This document shows, piece by piece, positions 1-11,659 of a stretch of 53,156 bases of DNA. The DNA comes from Nemertoderma westbladi (lineage: Eukaryota > Animalia > Xenacoelomorpha), in NCBI GenBank assembly GCA_032718475.1, contig JAUCBJ010006577.1, positions 1 through 53,156 of the forward strand. The letters run 5' to 3'. Every line of letters begins with the position of its first letter. The stretch's first letter is position 1. Made by a program: the position numbers and the translations under genes. The notes under the pieces are model-generated. The model was given only the letters and a program-made list of their open reading frames with translations, was not told where the DNA came from and did no database searches.

Positions 1-291
1 GGTAATCAATATAAATCTATCCCGCAAGATAATAATAGGCATACGGAGTATGTGAGGAACTCTTGGAGACATGCCCCAGAATCATCTCGACACCAAAGTC
101 AAACATACCAGCAGTATCAGAAGCACAGAGTGAGTAGACATGATTATCCACATCAACACTTCCCAAACCCTCATCTAAGAGACCAATCTGAACATACCTC
201 GTACCCCAGTAATGACCAATGTGACATAACCTATGACAACAGGTATTACAACCGATCCAACAGAAGTCATATGGCTAGGAATCGTTTTTAA
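1..291 (+). CDS. Possible 3' end of a coding exon of an upstream gene (hydrophilic low-complexity tail)
   Basis: Frame 1 is open from base 1 to TAA at 289-291 (GNQYKSIPQD...HMARNRF). Composition is more GC-rich than the following AT-rich DNA. No recognisable domain. Confidence 0.25.
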   Translation, partial: GNQYKSIPQDNNRHTEYVRNSWRHAPESSRHQSQTYQQYQKHRVSRHDYPHQHFPNPHLRDQSEHTSYPSNDQCDITYDNRYYNRSNRSHMARNRF

Positions 292-1494
292 GCTGGCTCC
301 GAGTATCACAACTGGAGACCTAAATTTCAAAAATGCTGGAAATACGTGTAATATTTTGCAGAGAAGTGAAATCAGTCGCCATAGGTAGCATATGAAGGAT
401 GATTTGCAACATGACAGCAAATTCTATTAAGTTCTAGAACAATGTCAGTGAATCTACCTTTGACTAAAAAAAAAATGTAAAATTAAACGTTGAATATATG
501 CTAGATACTATTTTCAGTTAATAAGTTTGTGAAGAATTTTAAGTTAATATTTTTTCTGTAGCATGATGCTTGGTTTTCAACATATATACAGTAAGTTTAT
601 TATTTTTTAGTAAAAAATAGATGATTACAGCAGTATCGCATTTACTGACGAAATTTCATATTTTTAAATAAATATAACAGTACTTACTCAGTTTTTAAGA
701 CTTGCATTTTAATTTTCACATTTTTTACTCAAAATAGATAGATAGACAATTTGTTGTCAAAGAATAGTTAAGGAATGTCTCGCAAAGTTTATTCATGGGA
801 TTTTTCAGTGAATCTAATTTCGCAATAAAAAAATGTCAAATTAATAGTGCTAAAACCCAGCATCACTCTGTAGAACCAATATATTATAAAAAAAATGTAA
901 TATACTATATTAACACTGACACATTGACTTACCTACACATAGTTGCAACACTACAGTGTATACATGAGACATTGTTTCATAATGTTACATATCGAATAAC
1001 ACTTACTGCTATATCTAGCACATACTCACAACAATCAATACCCTACATCTAAACATTAATTATCATTCCATCTTATATTCAAACGTAATTAACCTGTCAA
1101 TATTGTACTGATACTGTATGTAGAACAAGTAAATTATTATTATTAGTTAGATGTATTTCGTATTAATTAATATGCATTTTATGCTATCGAAATCATTAGA
1201 ATAATTGGATCTCGTTGGTAACATATGCTATAGTATAGAATTCAATGAACAATAATTTATAATTGATACTACCACAAGTTATTTGTAAACATCTGCGACC
1301 AGTTATGATGAATAAATCGATATTGAATAATTATTACTTGGCATTCAACAGCTATAACTCGGATATTTATCGCCTTTTTCTCTCGAGGTTGGGTGGAAGA
1401 GTGAGTGGTGAGTTGTGAGGAGTTATAACAGTCCCGAGTTCGAACCCAGTTGAATATTTTGTTATCTGAAAAATTGCGAAATTAAATTTAGTTA

Positions 1495-1771
1495 CTGGTG
1501 AAAAATTGCGAAATGAAAAATAGTAGAAGTTACCTATAGACACCTCTAGCATCTGTAAAATAAAGGTTGGTGAATATGAAAATACTGGTTGGTGAAAAAT
1601 AGCGATTTGAAAAATAGTAGAAGTTACCTGTAGACACCTCTAGCATCTGTAAGATAAAGGTTGGTGAATATGAAAATAATGGTTGGTGAAAAATAGCGAA
1701 AATGAAAAATAGTAGACGTTACCTGATGCTAAGTGTAGACACCCGAACACCTGTAAAATAAAGGTTGGTGA
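1495..1771. repeat. ~97-bp tandem repeat, about 3 copies
   Basis: Unit ...GAAAAATAGTAGAAGTTACCT.TAGACACCTCTAGCATCTGTAA.ATAAAGGTTGGTGA... recurs three times; the third copy is diverged. Confidence 0.8.
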
Positions 1772-2386
1772 TTGGAGGAAGGAGTAGCGTTGGGTGACTA
1801 ATAACGCCTCTAGCGGAATAAGCGGGAACTTGAGAAGTTACCATGGTTACGGTTGAAATGCTGACATCTGATTGGTTGAAATAATAACGACCACTGCTAA
1901 TGGTTGAAATGGTGGCTTCTGATTGGAGGAAGGAGTAGAAATGGACGGTAATGGTGGGCTATGGGTGACTCTGGCGCCGTATCATAGCTTCTTATACTAC
2001 TGTTGTGTACGTCTCTGGTGCTACTAACCTTTAGCACCTTAGTTGCACTGTTGGCACCAATCTGTGGAAGTTGCTAAACTCAATTTACACTCCTACGTAA
2101 TATAGCCGTCACCATGGTTTCTAAATGCTATTTTCCAGGCTTCACGACTTTTCAAATTATTGTATATCTATAGACGAATTCAAAACGCGTCTATACACAG
2201 CGTCTGGAATTGTCTTGGGTTCATTTCTAATTTTTTAAATTTTTAAATTTTCCAAAAATTTTGAAAATAAAATTTTGTTTTGATACCCACCAGACAAAAC
2301 TCAACGCAAATCACCGCAAACCTGCTCCTATGCATTTCCTAGTATTTGCATACGAGGAATGCATACCAAGTGAGTTGCGTCTAATA

Positions 2387-3943
2387 CTAATTTTGGTTTG
2401 AGGCAGGAGACAAATTATAATCTCCCGTCTCAATGCGTGTCTCCTCTAATAACACAATATCTTGGACCGGTCGGTCCAAGGTGTGTAAACCATTAGTTTT
2501 ACACTTCTTCGGGTGCGGACACTTGCACCTAATTTTCACAGTGACTGTGCGCACTATGTTTTGCACGTCTGGGTGTATGTGCAAGATAACTCCTGTCTCC
2601 CAATATTTTCTCTTGACAATCGGTTCGGTTATCAATACGTAATCTCCCCTTTGGAGACTCCGAACCGTTTTGTACCACTTTGATCTGGTAGATATGGTGG
2701 GGAGATAATATTCCCGCCAATATTCCCAGAATGTGTACGCAACAAATTGGGTTATTTTCCAGCTTTTACGACTATATAGGTCGGCACTAATGGGTTCTGA
2801 TGCCGGCACAAGAAATGCTGGACTCTGCATTAGCAAATGATTCGGCGTTAATGCAACACCGTCTGGCAACATAGCTATCGGCCTCAAGTTTAGGGTATGC
2901 TCGATTTCGCTGAAAGCTGTGACCAGTTCGTCGTCGGTAAGTTGTTTGTTTACAGGCAACGTCTTAGCAATGGCCTGCTTTATGGAACGTACCAAACGCT
3001 CCCAACTTCCTCCTCTCCAAGGACTTTCTGGAGTATTGAATCTCCACTCTACTCTTTGCGGCAAAAGTGCTGCAGAAATTTCTTTATTCTGCGCTGCTCT
3101 GTGAGCCGTGTCCAACTCGCTATTCCCTCCGACAAAGTTTGTACCCTTATCAGAGTAGAACGCCTTTACTAGTCCTCTCCTGGCCATAAATCTCTTTAAG
3201 GCCAGGAGCAGAGATTTGGTTGACATGTCTGCCACACGCTCGATATGTATGGCTCTACTAGCCATGCATGTCAGTAGCAGGCCCCATTGCTTGTGGGTCA
3301 GCCGTCCACTCTTTGCCTCAATCGGAACAAAACAATCCACCCCTGTATTTGTAAAAGGTGGGTCATATGCCTGCACTCTCGCTTCCGGGAGTTCAGCCAT
3401 CTCCTGTTCCAATACTCTGGTGTTCACCCTCTTGCAAACCAGACAGGCGTCGTACATAGTACCTACTGCCCTGCTTGGCTGCAATAGAATGAATCGCTGT
3501 CTCGCTGCCGACAAACAGTGTAACTTTCCCGCGTGATGCAACCTGTTGTGTATATCCCATAGAATCGCTCTTTGCAATTCTATTGGGTGACTAGGGATTA
3601 TCACTGGGAACCTAAACTGTGAGTTTATGTCGACAGTCTGGATTCTCGATCTATGACAAATCAAACCCTTATGGATTAATGGACTCCATTTTCTAAGGGG
3701 TTTATAGAGAACTGGTCGTTGAGCCGATAATAGATGGAATTCTTTTGGGAAGGCACACATTTGATAATGTTTCAAATGCTTTAATTCCGCTTGATCAATC
3801 TCATCCTCTGTCAGAGGTTGTTTCAATTTCCGAATTCGCTCACTATTAGTGCTCATTTGTTCTCCCAAATGTTCCGAATGTTTTATACAAAGGTACGAAA
3901 TGTATCGGCTTAACCACGCAGTTCTTTTACAAATTGCAGCCAA
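2387..3943 (-). pseudogene. int: Element 1 integrase
   Basis: HHCC (IHNRLHHAG...CLVCKR), DDE core (GVDCF, YSDKGTNF, GSWERLV), and BEL-type C-terminus (W...YLP, RTVTV, RPVQ). Confidence 0.92.
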
Positions 3944-3976
3944 GAGGCAGACGAATTTAGTAATTTGTCAAAAATA

Positions 3977-6900
3977 CTATGGCTCTAATGCCAGCGACGG
4001 TTGTCCGCTAACTAATGGAAGTTTCGAATCCAAACCCACAGGTTTGGAAACCAAAGGCTCCATTATGTCGGTCATTTTCTGTCCGTCACTTACCAACTGT
4101 GACCCTCGGGTAGTCTGTAAGGGTGGTTTTACGTCATAACTTACCCTTCCTGACCTAGTAGTCACGTAAGTCTGTAGGTCTGACAGGTCTCCAGGCCGCT
4201 CCAATGACTCTTCAGGCCGCTCCAATGACTCTTCAGGCCGCTCCAATGACTTAAGTTTGGCTTTCGACTTTGACTTAGAGACTTTCTCCATCTTGACTTC
4301 TGCATCTTCTGGCATCGGATTGGTCACTATCTTTAGTCGCTCTGGCCAATGTTCCTGTGTCCTTGTTAGAAAATCAGGTCCATGCAACCAAAACTCCTGC
4401 GACTCTTCATGACAGAATTCCGCCGGCATTGCACCTCTCGAAGTTATGTCGGCCGGGTTTAACACTCCCGGACAATGTCTCCATTGTTCCTTCGTCGAAA
4501 AGTCGACGATCTGAGCGCGTCTGTTGGCCACAAATGTCTTTAGTGCAATATTGTCGGCCGGATTGTATACTAACACTAAGGATGCGTCCGTCCAATAGAA
4601 TAAGGTCAATGTCGTGTCTAACTCCTCTGTTATCTGCTTACTTACCTCGACTGAAACTACTGCCACCTGTAACTCTGCACGAGGGACAGTCATGTATTTG
4701 ACCGGCATTTTCTTTGATCTAGAAGTCACAAAGGCCGTCTCAAATTTATCCTGACTTACTTCTCGGCGAAGGTAGGCTACCATACCAAAGCCGGTGTCAC
4801 TTGCGTCACTGAACAAGTGAAGTTCGAGATCAGCTGGGAATACCAGCTGATTCGGAAAGTAGGAATGGGGTACATCTATATTTTTCAATAGATGCAACTC
4901 GGCTTCCCACTCTCTCCACTGCTTTGCATGTATAGGAGATATTGGTTCGTCCCACTCTAGGTTGGATAACCAAATTTTCCTCATGCACGCTAGTGCCTGT
5001 AATATTACCGGACTGATAAAGTTCATCGGGTCAAATAGTCTACTCAATGTCGATAAGCAAATTCTCTTAGTCAAAACTTTGTCTGGACTACTGGGCTCAA
5101 ATCTAACTCTTACCTGGAACTTGTCCATGTTCGGGTTCCAAGCGAGTCCCAGTACTCGCGCCATAGGGATGGGTTCTACCCCCAATTCAATGTCTCCGCT
5201 CCCGCGATCCTTTACCGGGAACGATTCTAATAGGGCCTCCGAGTTAGTAGTGAACTTGGTCAGAGGAAAACCCCCTGTAGCCAAGCATTCCTGCAGGCCG
5301 TGAGCCACTTCTATGGCTTGTTCCGCTGTGTCCTTGGACACCAATCCGTCGTCCATGTTGAAGTTTCTCAATATAGACTCGATAACCTCTACTGGATACT
5401 TACCAATCTGGGCCGTTGCCGTTTTCTTTAGAACAAACAGCGTGCCATTTGGACTATCGTGGGCACCAAATATCCTAACGTACATTTGATATGTAACCAC
5501 TGGGCCGGATAAGTCTTCATTCTCAAACCAGAGAAATCGAAGGCTATCCTGGTCTGCCTTACAGGCTCTTACCTGGTGGAACATCGCCTCGATGTCACAA
5601 GTAAATGCGAATCGCTGCTGTCTAAAACGCAACAATATTCCTATCAAATAATTATTCAGGTTGGGTCCATCCATCAACTCTGAATTCAGGGACATACCTC
5701 TGTAGACTGCTGCGCAGTCGTTGACTACTCGGACTTTGTCAGGCTTGTCAGGGTGAGTCACATAGTGGTGTGGGAGGTAATAAGTCTGGTCTGTCACTAA
5801 GTCAGGGTCCTCTACCTTCCCAGCAAATACCTTGGCAAAATAGTTGTTGATCTGGGCGCAATACTTCTCCCTAATGTCCGGATTCTTCAACAACCGAGCC
5901 CTTACTCCGTTCAATCTTTTCAAGGCTAAGCTGTAGTTGTTCTCCAACTTAGGAGGTTGTCGACGCCACAACATTCCAACTTCAAAATGTTCAGTCGGTA
6001 GCAGACGTATGGTATCTTCCATCATCTCCAGCGACCGTTTCTCATCAGTAGACATGGCTAGGTCATATCCACCGGGTTCCATTGCGTCCCTATCCAGCCA
6101 TTCGACGGTTCTGGTTCCTGTCTCGAGGTCCTGGCGTATCAATTCCTTCTGCAATTCCTCCTCACTGTATTGGAAAATGTCGAGGTCTCGATATTTAGCC
6201 ACTTGACCCTCCACTATGTCGGTATAAGTCAAAACGTTACTCAGATAAGTAGCGTGGGCCGCTGAACCAGACCCACGGGTCTGATAACAGTAGTCCTCGG
6301 GTTCACTATCTGTCCGGTCGTTATGAAGTGGTTCCGACAACCTAACATTATCGGGAATCAACTCCTTGTCCGACTCGCTAACGTCACTATAATGGTCAAT
6401 ACAGGTTCTCCTAAACTCGTCTATGTCTGGTAGTTCTACTAACGGTGGTTCAGTTATAGGCTGTAATCCGTCGTATCTATCCATTGGCTTGTCGCCACCT
6501 GTAAACTCATAAGACATGGGTACTCGTGTATACCAACCTAATATAGTCCTATGGGGATGTGGTCCATTTACATGCGGCTCAGCTGGTCTCGTTTCCCATA
6601 TCTGGTGTGCGATCAGCTGTTCTGCACCAATTAACATAGAAACATTCCTATAACCTACCTGGTGTCTTGGTACTCTGAGTTTGTCAAAATACTCCTGTGC
6701 TATGGGACTCATCGGTGGCACCTTACCTAACTGCCTGCCGAACCCCTTCATAGCTAGACACTTAAATCCGTCCAATGGCAAAGCTCTCTGTTCTTGTCGA
6801 GTGTGCTGGTCTCTCGGAAGTAGGGAGTCTAGTTCTACCGAAATTCTGTGTCCCTTGAGGTCTCCTACCCCGTGCATAGACTTTAACTCTATTTGGATTT

Positions 6901-8296
6901 CCTCGGCGTCCTGGAAGCTAGAAACGGTTCTCGCCACTTCCTCGTCGATATAAGATAATGTGGACGCAGTGTCCAACATCACATATATTCGCTTCGATCC
7001 CTTATCGCCAGTAAGATTCACCAGAATCACGCTAAATATTTCCGACGTGGCCGATGATAAATACGTCCGCGCGCTGGTCGATGAACTATCCGCAGTGAAA
7101 CCTTGGCAGGTCACTTCTCTCGCGCTCGACTCGCCATCCTCGTCCGACGAACCTGGTTGATAACCATCGTCCTGAATGCCGGTGTACGTATTTCTTCTTA
7201 TCGATACAGGTTCTCTGCTCCCCTTCCTTTGAGGATTTCGCTGTAAGTAACGGTCCGTTGGGGTATGGAAATCCGCATGTAGCAACTTGTGATGTAATCT
7301 GCCGCATTCCATGCATCCGTCCTTGCTGTTCGGGCACTGCCACCGTACATGACCTGGCGCAAGACATGCCCAACAGGTGTCCAACGTCCGCACTTGAACT
7401 CTTCTCTGTTCCGAAGTTAATTCTTTGAACCGTCTGCAACTATCTAACTTATGGTCGTCAGATCTTACCTCCTTTAGTAAGCAGTATTGGCAACCTACAA
7501 ATCCATCCGGCAACTCCTGTTGCTTTAACCAAGGTCTATCTAACCGCTCACCTGACCATACTCGCGAGTCTGATCTAAAGGCTGGGGTACTCGAATTATA
7601 TCTGTCTACTGAGTTAAATGTCACAGTGGTCCTGTCATCGTCAAAACTTACCATAGACTTACCGGTAACAGATTTAGACTCTCTCATATTCTCCTCTGAG
7701 AAGTTTGATTTCATCTCTGCTACTGCGTCTGTGGCTATCATGTCATGAATATGTTGAAGTGTCAACACCTTACCTTGACCTTCCAACTTATTCTCTAATT
7801 TGCGCCATTTCTGTCTGTAACGCATGTTTAAACGTCTTATTACGCTCTTCAAAACTTCGGCGTGATCACCATGATGAGGTAGATTCACCGTCCTTAAGAT
7901 GTCTAATGCGTTCGAAATAGCGTTCGCTAAATTCAACAGCTCTAACGGAGTTGTAATCCTTCCGCCCTTACCCAAGTCTTCTACTATTGACTGTGCCATC
8001 TTGGTTTTATTCCCATAGATGTCGCTAAGCGTCTTCATTGCTAACTCGAATGCTCTTTCATTGCCGACGAAGTTGTCAGCAATGGCTCTAGGTTCTCGAT
8101 GGAGCATTTGAAGCAAATAGTTGAACTTATCGTTGGGAGTAAAGGTGCTGTTGGTCAGCTGTTCGTCGACATAGGTTTTGAACATCCTCCAATGCTTATG
8201 GTTGCCCATAAACTTCTGGGGTTGTTGCGTCGGCAGTCCTTGCCTGGCAGCAAACTTACCTATGTCTCTAAGGGTTGCGTCGTTCCGGGTTAACAA
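3977..8296 (-). pseudogene. pol: Element 1 Gag core / zinc knuckles / aspartic protease / RT / RNase H
   Basis: DUF1759-like KFMGNHKHWRMF; three Cys/His knuckles (CQYC...H...C, CWACLAPGHVRWQC, CMECGRLHHKLLH); protease MLDTAST; RT YYLPHH, KVRVVND, DIEAMFHQV, with the catalytic motif degenerated to FNMDD; RNase H LFSDASD, VPRAELQ, QWRHCPGVLNPADITSRG. Confidence 0.92.
4194..4250. repeat. 21-bp in-frame tandem repeat, ~3 copies (SLERPEE)
   Basis: GGCCGCTCCAATGACTCTTCA repeated within the RH-IN linker. Confidence 0.85.
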
Positions 8297-8301
8297 ATGG
8301 T

Positions 8302-9933
8302 TTAGTTCTGCAGGATTATTAAGTCTGGTCCTTTCCGGGGATTGAGACTTACCTGCTCCGCGTCCGTCCTTCTTTCCTTATAGTTTCGGGACTTCTGATG
8401 TCTCATGTCTTCCTCTTCATCGCTTGAGTCTGTGTCAGTCCTTAGCGCTCGCGTTGGTTTGCGCGCTGAGGCCCTGACCCAAGCCTCTTGTATAAACTTT
8501 TTGGCTGAGTTTTCGAAATTGGGATTATGGATATTCGGGACAGGCGTCCTTACCTGAGGTCTATGTGGTATAGTTGCCTCCGATATGCGTACTCGTTGAC
8601 TAGGTTGGACTTTATCTGACTCAGGCCTACTAGGATTAGAATTACTTCTTACCTGGGCTGCTTCCTTTAACCGTAGGTTACTAAGCATGTCCGTTATAGG
8701 TAGGATGTGCGGCGATATAGCTTGCGCTAAACTAGCACTTAACTCATCCCTCGTAATAAATTCCTGGCTAGGGTTCTGTTGTATAGTCGGCTCTATCTGA
8801 GTAATCCGCTGTCTCTCATATGATCCCTCTTCCGGTTTAACCCGGAAGTTCTCCGTCGAACTGGGTCGGCGCTCCGTCCGCGTATTCCAAACCCGCGGGT
8901 ACGGTTCACCAAATACTCGTCCTGTTGGAGTTTCTCTAAACTCTTCATTCTTGCGTTCAGTATGTAGTGGTGCGGTGTTCTGATGCCGTGGATTCTGCGC
9001 GATAGGTGAAGCACTAATACCAACTGGTGTGCGATATGTAGAGAACGGTTTAGCGATCCGTGTACTCGTAATAACTGGACCGGGTATAGGAATTCTGGTC
9101 GTCGTCGACTCGCGTATAGTCGGAGTTCTCGCTTCCTGTTCGGCCTTCTGCAGTGCGAACAGTTCTCGCAACTCGGTCCCTACACTCGCCCCACATTCTT
9201 CGATCATTCGCATCCCCTTCTCGGCGATTTCATTCGCCTTCCTGGTCCGTTCCTCGCTCTCTAAATTTAATCTCGCACTTTCCAACTGTGCCAGTTTACG
9301 TTCTTCTTCTTCCCTCGCTCGTCTCGCTGCGCTCTCTTCTTCCACGCGCGCCTTCTCTTCATACAACGCCCGTCGCTCATTCTCGATCTCGAGTTTGCGT
9401 TCCTTGCGTTCGCGTTCAAGTTGGAGTTCGCGTTCCTTCTGTTCGCGTTCGTGCTGAAGTTCGCGTTCCTTCTGTTCGCGTTCAAGCTGGAGTTCGCGTT
9501 CAAATTGGAGTTCGCGTTCCTTGCGTTCGCGTTCCGCTTGTTCCCGCTTACCTTTATCTTCCAACTCTCGCAACTTTGCGTCTAACTTATGTGTGCGCTC
9601 CCGTTCCCGCTTGGCTTCCTTCCTTGCTTCCGATGCACGCAAAACTTACGCCTGCTGTTCGTCCAGTCGGCGCCTTCTCTCCTCCGTCAAGTTCTGAGAA
9701 ACAAGGGATCTAGCACATATAACCTTCCCTCGCGCGTGACTAACCTGGGAATCGCCACTGTCTCTAGATGCGTCGTCGGGTGGAGTTAACGTTCTCTGTT
9801 GGATGTTGTCCGTCGTTGGTAGCACCTGGCCCGGTACCACCACTCCACTCTGCATCAGCCAGCCGGTAACTTCCCGTTGATACCTGCGCTCCTCCTTATC
9901 CTGCGTTTCTTCTCGCTCCACTAAGTTTCTCAA
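8302..9933 (-). pseudogene. gag: Element 1 Gag N-terminal part (E/R-rich coiled coil), interrupted by a stop
   Basis: ORFs 9646-9933 and 8302-9642 are in the same frame, separated by one TAA. They contain ERELQ repeats and lead into the Gag core via a frameshift. Confidence 0.8.
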
Positions 9934-9949
9934 CTCTGCGTCACCTCTG

Positions 9950-10837
9950 CCCTTAGCGGTCCCTGGCCAACAGCAGCCATTACGAGACTGAAAAGAACTC
10001 GGACCGCTGACTGCTTGTGTCAGGGATTTGCGACGGGAAACGACGGCCCCTTAGTAGCCAAGCCGTTCTGGTTCTCGATGATCGAACCCTTCGGGGTTCG
10101 TGAGGGGTGGAGCGGACACGCGAACGGGTGGCCAACTAACGACTGCCCCCTGAGCTAAGCCGTACTGGTTCTCGATGACCGATCCCTTCGGGGTTCGCGA
10201 GGGGTGGGACGGACATGCGAAAGGGCTGGCCACAGGACGGGTTCGACGAAGACTGCCCTTAGCGGTCTCTGGTCAACGGCAGCTATTACGAGAATGAAAA
10301 GAACTCGGAACGCTGACTGCTTGTACCGGGATCTGCGACGGGAACCGACGACAGACCCCTTAGCCAAGCCATACTGGTTCTCGATGATCGTTCCCTTCGG
10401 GGTTCGTGAGGGGTGGAACGGACACGCGACGGGGTCGAAAGACAAAGGACTAGACTCTACTGGCCTACCGACTGTTTGGAACAGTTTCTCGGCTGCCGAA
10501 GCGACTACGAGCCTGAAAGGGACTCGGAAAGCCTAGGTGGTTGGGTTTCTGCGATGAACCGACGGACCCCTAGCCAAGCCGTTCTGGTTCTCAATGATCG
10601 AACCCTTCGGGGTTCGTGAGGGGTGGAACGGACACGCGAACGGGTCCACCGACACGACAGACTCCTAGCCAAGCCGTACTGGTTCTCGATGACCGATCCC
10701 TTCGGGGTTCGAGAGGGGTGGTACGGATAAGCGACAGAGTCCACCGACTGGACCGACCCTTAGCCAAGCCGTGCTGGTTCTCGATGATCGTTCCCTTCGG
10801 GGTTCGTGAGTGGTGGAACGGACACGCGACAGGGTCG
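9950..10837 (+). ncRNA. Array of structured RNA modules: six K-turn/cUUCGg hairpins plus three 11-nt-loop hairpins (probable leader of element 2)
   Basis: Repeated CTC-(G/A)AT-GA-N-stem-CCC TTCG GGG-stem-N-GA-G with covarying closing stems. G-U wobbles and UUCG tetraloops read on the plus strand. Confidence 0.7.
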
Positions 10838-11467
10838 ACCGACACCGACACTACGGCACTAAGACTAGGACCGAGGGAAAATCTGGGGAACATTAGGTAG
10901 GCTAAAATCTGAGCGAACAGTGGGTAATTAAATAATATACTGTAGGGATTTATATTGTCGTATATAATTATTGTGAATATTTGGTGTATATTGATTTGGG
11001 GAAGCCGAAAATTATTCTCAATCAGGTTTCAACTGTAGGAAGTTACATTAAAGAGTATATCCAACTAATGCAGCTTTTTATCAACCGCAAACTTGCATCT
11101 CAGAAAACATTCCTTCTCCACAATCAATATCCGGTGACTGGCCGGGGCTCGGTGGTCTGTAAAGTCACGTCTCCAGCATCGGCGTTTTTCCCCCCTGGTG
11201 TAGGGATAACGGCAACAAAATTGAGAATAATTAATGCGGTTAATTTTGACAGGGTGTCAAAATTAAGAATAATTACGGTCAACTTCAACTGGTGGAAGTT
11301 GAGAATCCTTCAATACTCTTCAAAACTCTCTACGTGCTTGCCAGCACCCACTACGAGGAAACTCTGGTATTTGAGTTGAGACAAAGTCGTGGTTTAATTA
11401 ATCAACAAACTCGATCTAACCAACTCGTAGTCGGCAGATCACATATTTGGAGAGTTGTTAACAGGGA

Positions 11468-11659
11468 ATGGAAGTATCGATCACACCCATTGATATAATC
11501 CAAGTTGAGCCAGGAATCTGGCACGTCGAAGTTGAAGTACAAGGAACGAACGTCGGACGATTCAGGATTACCGTTCGGGTGGTCCAAGCTGAGTACAATA
11601 CCTACGAGGAACTGTTTTATGACATCGCGTATCTAGCTATCGACGAGGCGTTACAATGA
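11468..11659 (+). CDS. Small 63-aa upstream ORF whose stop overlaps the gag start (ATGA)
   Basis: ATG start, protein-like composition (beta-rich, then an acidic helix). TGA 11657-11659 overlaps ATG 11656-11658. Confidence 0.45.
   Translation: MEVSITPIDIIQVEPGIWHVEVEVQGTNVGRFRITVRVVQAEYNTYEELFYDIAYLAIDEALQ

Larger units (their letters stand above)
2387..9947 (-). mobile_element. BEL/Pao LTR-retrotransposon internal region (element 1), degraded and 5'-truncated; no LTRs identified
   Basis: Collinear minus-strand ORFs give the Gag-PR-RT-RH-IN order with BEL/Pao motifs. Disrupted by an in-frame TAA (9646-9648), a frameshift near 8300-8370, and compensating frameshifts near 3925-3980. Confidence 0.93.

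Noticed and set aside
1400-1450. tRNA or SINE suggested by the B-box-like GAGTTCGAACCC
   Set aside because: No cloverleaf or convincing A box.
8296-8370. Programmed gag-pol frameshift in element 1
   Set aside because: The shift falls upstream of the Gag core, no slippery heptamer is evident, BEL elements usually have one ORF, and the copy has other lesions.
10046-10837. SECIS elements recoding the in-frame TGA codons of element 2
   Set aside because: The ATGA...GA core is SECIS-like, but the upper helix is only ~7 bp, there is no AAR apical motif, the array is 5' of the ORF, and the TGAs look like CGA->TGA mutations.
9950-10837. CRISPR array or hammerhead/HDV/twister ribozymes
   Set aside because: Eukaryotic context, no unique spacers or cas genes, and no CUGANGA+GAAA core or other known ribozyme consensus recognisable by eye.
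10051-10900. Short ORFs on both strands of the leader array
   Set aside because: GC-rich repeat translations in shifting frames; conservation follows base pairing, not codons.
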